64,000 nt of DNA, from the NCBI GenBank assembly GCA_964016885.1, contig OZ024741.1, positions 257,672,001 to 257,736,000 on the forward strand, in the 5' to 3' direction. A program made the position numbers and the translations under genes. This document shows positions 57,838 through 64,000 of the stretch, piece by piece. A model generated the notes under the pieces. That model ran no database searches. It saw nothing but the letters and a program-made list of their open reading frames with translations, and was not told the DNA's origin. Within the stretch, counting starts at the first letter, position 1, and each line of letters starts with the position of its first letter. This DNA is from Eledone cirrhosa (lineage: Eukaryota).

Positions 57838-60800
57838 TAACTTTAACTTTGATAACTTTGAAAAGTTTCAGCCAAAATTGGCCCCGACCATGTCTAACTT
57901 AGTAGCACCACCTAGCAAAGTCTTTCAAATCAGGATTTGGACACCCGGCCCACTCAAGTAGAGAGTTATTGTTTACAGAGACATATCCGGGTGCAGGGGG
58001 TTTATCCGGGAGTTCTTGAAGGAATTTACCCAAAGACATTATGGGGTTTTTCTATTTCTATTTTAATGTGTTTTGATGTAATGTTAAAGAGAGTGGGGCC
58101 AATTGAGGTGAAATAATTGTGCCATATTGTTGTTATGAGATGCGAGTGTGATTTTTGTTGTGGGCGGCTAGCACGGGGCCCAAGCCTTGGGTGTACCTTA
58201 AAGGTGATGCCAACATCATTTGGGCAATGCTGATTGAGTATTTTCCACATCATGCAGATGATGTAGCGCTCACGGTGGTGTTGGAGAGAATAAAGTTTGA
58301 GCTTTTCTAGTCGACTCCAATAGTCAAGGCCTGTCATGTTATCTATCATATTTGTGATTGACTTTTGGGGTGCTTCAATCTTCATGATACTTTGTTTCAT
58401 GTGTGGAGACCACAGTGGACAACAGTATTCAAGGTGGGGTCGGACAAAAGTGGATAAGAGAAGGATAATGTTGTGGATATCTCTTGACTGGAAAGTTCTG
58501 AGAATCCAGGAATATATTCTGCGGGCTATGTCAACTTTGTTTTTTATATGAGTGGCCCAGCTTATGTTGTTGTCCACAATTACTCCCAGGTCTCTGATGT
58601 TGTTGGATGCCACGAGAGTTTCACTTGAAGGGAGGGAGTATGGGAGTTTCATCGTTTCCAAAGTGGATTAACTCAAATTTATCCTTGTTCAGCAGCATAT
58701 TGTTCTTTTCCGCCCATTCGATAACAGCCATTAGATCTGATTGAAGGCATGTCTGTCACCCACTTCATTGATGACCCTCTGGAGCTTGGAATCATCTGCA
58801 AAGATTCTATGTTGCTGTGCTTGATGGTGTCAGTAATGTCATTAATATAGATAATGAAAAGAAGTGGTTCCATTACAGAGCCATGCGAAACGCCACCAGA
58901 CATTGGTTGGGCTTGATTTTACTCCTTCGACTACAACATGTTGGGCTTCATCTGTCCGGAAACACTTGATCCATTGCAGTAACTTTCCAGAGACACCAAT
59001 GTTGGATAGTTTTTTTAGAAGAATGTTGCAATCAACCCTGCCAAAGGCCTTTCTGAAATTAAGGTAGATGACATCAGTGTTGGAGCCCTGTCCCAAAGCT
59101 CTTAAAATGTAATCAAATTGATGCAGGAGATGCGTTAGGCAGTCCCCTCCATTACGGAACCTATGTTGGTTGGAGTTCAGCAGTCTGTTGCTTTCAAGAA
59201 AGTGAGTTATTCATGATCTCGCCACCCTCTAAAATACTTTGAGGATATGAGGGATGAGTGAGATTGGACGGTAATTCACTGCAACGGACTTGCTTCACTT
59301 TTTGAAAACTGGGACAACAGACTGTGACAGAAAGTTTTCAGGAATATAGCTAGCATCCAGTGAATTCCTGCACAGATTAACAAGAAGAGATGCAAATTCG
59401 TGTCGACACACCTTCAGGACAGAAGCAAGGATCCTAACGGGGCCTACAGCTGAATCGTGTTTAATTTCGTTTATTGCCCCTAAGACATCAGGTGCACCAA
59501 ACATTATGTCCGATATCGTGTGTTGGGGATTAACATCACTGATATAGGCCGGATCGGCCATATCAGGATTGCTGAAAACAGAGCAGTATAATTTCTACAG
59601 TATCTCACCCATGGTTCTGGCATTATCTTGTAGAGTAACATTTTCATCAATTAGAGGGCCAACAGTGGAGACAGTGACCTTGTGTTTTTTCACAAACGAA
59701 AAGAACACTTTGGGATTGAGTTTCATTTTCTCAATGGCCTATTTCTCCTCAGCTGTTCTTTGGATATTGATGATGGTCTTCATGCATTGTTGGAGGTTGT
59801 ATTTTTTTCATTATTCAAGCAGTGCGATAGCCGTCGAATGTGTCTGTTGCTGTTGGCAGTATTTTAATTTGTTAATTCTTTGTTTGTTCTTTTTATTTTT
59901 CTCATAATAGTTTTTTTCTGTTTGGGGGGATACTGTTGTTTGTGACAGTCTCTACAAAAATCTGCCAAGTTGTTTTGATGTTGGTGGAGATGTGTGCGTG
60001 TGTAAAAGATTTGCTTTCGGCAGGTGGAATCTCAAGTTACAGAGAACCATGTCTGAAAGAAGGTTTTGTCCACTGTAATATGATGTATAATGTTAGTGTG
60101 GTTACTAAACACTAGGTCCAAAATATTCTTCTGATATCTTGTTTGTGCAAGGACAAATCGGAACAAGAAAAACTCATCCATAAAGTTGAGAAGTGACTCT
60201 ATTGCTTCAGCACAGCGAGTGCTTGGTTTTTAAACTGTTTGTAGACCAATCAATACAGGGTATGTTAAAGTCTCCGATCTTAAGTTTGTTACCAGAATGG
60301 CACTGTTGAATAAAGCACTTAATGCTGTTGAGGCATTCTTTAAAGTGCAGTATGGGGGCTTGTGGTGGGCCATATATCCCAACTACTATCAGGCCATTGG
60401 CTTTGCTGTACACTGTAACTGGTTCATAATAGCCATTGGCGAATGTGATATTTCCATCTGCTGTAAAGGAATCATGCAGGAAAATGGCAGTTCCTCCCTT
60501 CCTTCTGTCAACACGATCTGCGCTTGGCTTCCAAGTGGGAGTTGTCAAGGTGGGTCTCAGTAAGAGTTAAGAAAGGGATGTGGTGTGGATAGTTATCAAC
60601 CTAATACTCAATGAATTGGACCTTCCATTTTTATGCATTGATGGAAGGGCTGATACCTTGTGCATTGAGTAGAACTGTAGTCACTACGTGTACAGAGCGT
60701 CTGACGTAGTGAATAAGGGCATATTTTAAGGTTTCTTGTTTGTTTTATGGGGGGGGGGGCGAATTCTGCTTCATAGATTTTGATAGTTTTTTTTATAGTA
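57838..60800 (-). mobile_element. Decayed CR1/Jockey-group LINE, near-complete ORF2 (APE endonuclease + RT) with 3' end
   Basis: APE: LLNAQGI (~60670), LTETH (~60555), DRVDRRKGGTAIF, VGIYGPP, GDFN (~60270). RT: VVPVFKK, YLNFRKAF, GVSHGSVMEPLLFIIYIND, DLGVIVD, RPHLEYCCPLWSPH, LDYWSRLEKLKLYSLQ. It ends PDKPPAPGYVSVNNNSLLEW followed by a short repetitive tail. Many frameshifts. Confidence 0.9.
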
Positions 60801-60823
60801 CAGTAGGACTGAGATGGTGGTGA

Positions 60824-61117
60824 GGACTTAAAGTGGGAGTTAAAAAGGATTTGGAACTGCCATGAAATCAAGGTCGCCCCGATTGTCATAGGCGCACTAG
60901 GTACTATCTCAAAGAGTTTCCAAGGATGGTTAAAGAAAATTAGTCCAGCCCCTCTTTTGGGAACACTTCAAAAGGCATGCTTGCTGGGAACAGCAAGAAC
61001 CCTCCGATACGTCCTGAATATCTGAGGCTGCAGGTAGCGGCTTGATATTCATTTCAACAAACTGTCCAGTTAAATAACATCAATGACTGAAACTCAAAGA
61101 ACAATAATAATAATAAT
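60824..61117 (+). mobile_element. Short 5'-truncated R4/Dong-like LINE 3' end with (AAT)n tail
   Basis: Close copy of 62712-63001. It reads LKWELKRIWNC..PIVIGALG..LQKACLLGTARTLRYVLNI*, then the 3' UTR and AAT repeats. Confidence 0.9.
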
Positions 61118-61297
61118 TGTTTCTACTTTAGGCACAAGGCCAGCAATTACCCAGTGCATTACTGGTACTTTATTTTATCGACCCCGTAAGGATGAAAGGC
61201 AAAGTCAACCTCGGCGGGATTTGAACTCAGATTGTAAAGGGACGTAACTATGCTGGAAAGCATGGCGCCCGACCCTCTACCGATACTGCCAATCCAC
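61103..61297 (-). mobile_element. tRNA-derived SINE (conserved central domain, Meta-like)
   Basis: Minus strand: A-box-like TGGCAGTATCGG, B box GAGTTCAAATCCC, then GAGGTTGACTTTGCCTTTCATCCTTACGGGGTCGATAAAATAAAGTACCAG, ending GGCCTTGTGCCTAAAGTAGAAACA(ATT)n. From memory this resembles an abundant octopus SINE. Confidence 0.8.
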
Positions 61298-61332
61298 AAT
61301 AATAATAATAATAATAACAATAATAAAAATAA

Positions 61333-63001
61333 ATCGGGTGGAGAATCCTTGGGGGGCGTGAAGATCAAGAGAGGTATCTTCCAGGGAGATAGTTTGCCCC
61401 CTCTGCTGTTTGTCCTTGCCCTGATACCCATGACCGTTATATTGCGAAAAGTGAGAGCTGGATACAAGTTGGGAAAAGGAGAGCTTACCATCAACCACCT
61501 TCTTATCATGGACGATCTTAAACTCTTTGGGAAGAGTGAGAAGGAGTTGGATGTACTTGTTGACACTGTCCGTATTTTCAACAATGATATATGTATGGAA
61601 TTTAGTATTAATAAATGTGGAGTCCTAGTGATGAAGAGGGGTAAATTGAGCAGAAGCAACGGAATCCAGGTACCAACAGGTGAGATGATAAAGGAAATTG
61701 ACACTGAAGAGGGATACAAATATTTAGGTGTTCTGGAGGCAGATGACATCTAGAACAAAACAATGAAGGAATTGATAAGATATGAGTAGATAAGGAGAGT
61801 AAGGATCGTATTAATATCACATCTAAATAGTAGGAATGTCATAAGTGCAGTAAATTCCCGAGCTGTGTCTATTATTAAGTACAGTGCGGGAATTCTGAAA
61901 TGGAATGTTGTTGAACAAAAAGAAATGGATAGGAAGACTAGGAAGCTATTGACTATCTACATCATGTTCCACAAGAGGAGTGATGTCGATAGACTCTACT
62001 TAAAGAGATCTGAAGGTGGAAGAGGTATTATCAGCATAGAGGACTGTGTTCAGATGGAAAAAAAACAACCTGCACAAATATGTGACTGACAGTAGGGAGC
62101 CAATGCTCAAAATTGTACTGAAGGAGAAGACAATAGACCAGGGGATGTCCAAGGAGGAAATAACAACAAGGAGGAAGAGCAACCTTCATGAAAAATCCCT
62201 TCATAGTACCTTCTTTGAGAACTGGTTAAAAAGAGACATTAAAAAAGCTACAGAAGGAATGCTAATGGCTGCGCAAGAGCAGGCCCTCAGAACAAAGTGG
62301 GTGAAGCACCATATTGACAAGGAGGAGGCTAGCCCACTGTGCAGGATCTGTGGAGAGAGAGAGGAGACTGTGGCTCACATTGTATCTGAGTGTAAACACC
62401 TCGCCCAGACTCACTATAAAGGCTGGAAACATGATGTGATGAGCAGAGTGATCCACTGGCACCTATGCAAAGTAAACAATTTACCACATTCTGAGAAGTG
62501 GTATGAGCATAAGCCAGAGTTAGTGATAGAAAACGATCCGGTGAAGATGCTGTGGGATTTTAGGATACAGACGGACAAGAAACTGGAACACAATAGACCT
62601 GATCTGGTGGTTTTGGACAAGGAAAAAAGATCGTGCCTGATTGTGGATGTAGCCTGCCCATTCGACACGAGAGTGCAAGAGAAGGAGATGGAGAAAATTA
62701 ACCGATACCAGAACTTAAAGTGGGAGGTAAAAAGGATTTGGAACTGTCATGAAGTCAAAGTGGTCCCGATTGTCATAGGCGCACTAGGTACTATCTCAAA
62801 GAGTTTCCCAGGATAGCTAAAGAAAATTGGTCCCGCTCCGCTTTTTGGAACACTTCAAAAGGCATGCTTGCTGGGAACAGAAAGAACCCTCCGATACGTC
62901 CTGAATCTGAGGCTGCAGGTATGGCTTGATATTCATTTCAACAAACTTTCCAGTTAAATAACATCAATGACTGAGACTCAAAGAACAATAATAATAATAA
63001 T
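61333..63001 (+). mobile_element. 5'-truncated R4/Dong-like LINE (RT, CCHC knuckle, RLE), inactivated, between (AAT)n tracts
   Basis: RGIFQGDSLPPLLF, INHLLIMDDLKLF, YKYLGV, RLYLKRSEGGRG, AAQEQALRT, CRICGEREETVAHIVSEC, RPDLVV..IVDVACP..EKINRY and PIVIGALG. Stop at 61751 and frameshift near 62066. AAT tracts at 61298-61332 and 62987-63001 fit the known TAA-repeat targeting of Dong. Confidence 0.92.
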
Positions 63002-63074
63002 TGTTTCTACTATTGGCACAGGGCCAGCAATTACCCAGTACATTACTGGTAAATAATAATAATATATGGGAGTT

Positions 63075-63156
63075 TAAGACCCGTTTCGACAGCTAGATCC
63101 GAATGGATCTAGCTGTCGAAACGACCGGAATTCAGCCGTGGGGTCCTGAATTTTTC

Positions 63157-63160
<4 letters not shown>
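63075..63160 (+). other. Perfect 19-bp-arm hairpin related to the 55920-56049 fold-back
   Basis: CGTTTCGACAGCTAGATCC-GAAT-GGATCTAGCTGTCGAAACG (63082-63123), followed by ...TCAGCCGTGGGGTC..TTCATATATA, which parallels ...TCAGCTGTCGGGGTC..TTCCTATATA at 56021-56052. Confidence 0.8.
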
Positions 63161-63239
<79 letters not shown>

Positions 63240-63243
63240 TGTG

Positions 63244-63301
<58 letters not shown>

Positions 63302-63353
63302 CTTGTGTGTGCGTGCGTGCTTGTGTGTGCGTGCGTGCGTGTGTGTGAGTGTG
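63157..63353. repeat. Compound (TA)n(GA)n(GT)n microsatellite
   Basis: Direct inspection. Confidence 0.98.
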
Positions 63354-63707
63354 TAAATAGAGAAAGAGAAATTAATGGAATACACCAGCTACGACATAGA
63401 CCCAGAGAAAACGTAAATATATAGCGAGAGAAATTAAACAGAAATAAAGAAAAATATGAAATACAAACATACAACTTGTAAATATCTGCTCAACCGAAGA
63501 TATCATTAATATGCCAAAGTAGAAAATCATTTCAGTTCCAACAGCCATCTTGTTAGATGTTCTAACTCCAAAAGTTTAACAGGATCTGACAATGTAAGAT
63601 AAAAGTATATTTTCAACAAACACATCCGGGAAAATAGCTTTCTTTTTCTATGATATTCACCAATGTTGTGTTGTAAGACTATAATTGTAATACAGATAAG
63701 TACTCAA

Positions 63708-63783
63708 GTATGTATGTATGTATGTATGTATGTATGTATGTATGTATGTATGTATGTATGTATGTATGTATGTATGTATGTAT
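63708..63783. repeat. (TATG)n tetranucleotide microsatellite
   Basis: Direct inspection. Confidence 0.98.
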
Positions 63784-64000
63784 ATGTATATATATGTTAT
63801 GTCTAGTCACTCTTGAGTGCTACTGGTAACATGTAACCCAGTACAACCTGTTGCATGGTCGGGTCGTCGGCGACTAAACCGGCAACCCCTCCAAGTTTAC
63901 TTGGTGAGGAGAGTGATTTTGGACACCCTGCAGGACAAAAAACAAAACCTGACAAAGGGTGGAAGAACTCATAAGAGTCAACGGCCATCCGAAAGTGTGT

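Noticed and set aside
60605-60712. Two adjacent hairpins (TACTCAATG/CATTGAGTA and TCACTACGT/ACGTAGTGA)
   Set aside because: They overlap or abut the APE-coding start of the CR1-like ORF2 (LLNAQGI..LTETH) on the minus strand. The stems are short and nothing independent supports an RNA element.
61250-62816. Intact reverse-transcriptase gene
   Set aside because: It is 5'-truncated and split by stops and a frameshift. The apparent ATG start lies in an antisense SINE and an AAT tract.

Overview
Eukaryotic, gene-free, repeat-only DNA. The SINE families and the dense TA/CA/AAT microsatellites suggest an octopus or other cephalopod, though this is inference. Bases 1 to ~49,900 are one 45-bp tandem satellite of about 1,100 monomers (consensus CCTTGCCTCTG[TCA/ACA/ATG/GTG]ACACCATCCTCTACCCCACCGAGGAAGTCTA). 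It runs off the left edge and shows multi-kb internal duplications and two interleaved subfamilies. Almost all long ORFs in the track are read-through of this satellite, not genes. The array ends abruptly in a decayed CRE-clade non-LTR retrotransposon. One frame of the monomer (LASDDTILYPTEEVY) reads on into that element's pre-RT region (..EV(L)ASLHFKH..FPASSS..), so the satellite appears to be an amplified 15-codon piece of the retrotransposon ORF with its parent still attached. The last 14 kb are decayed transposons: HERO-like, R4/Dong-like (three pieces), RTE and CR1-like LINEs, a mariner, two tRNA-derived SINEs, and fold-back hairpins resembling Penelope ends with the 3' half of a hammerhead ribozyme. 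I see no intact host gene, rRNA, tRNA or CRISPR array. All family calls come from motifs read by eye and still need database confirmation.
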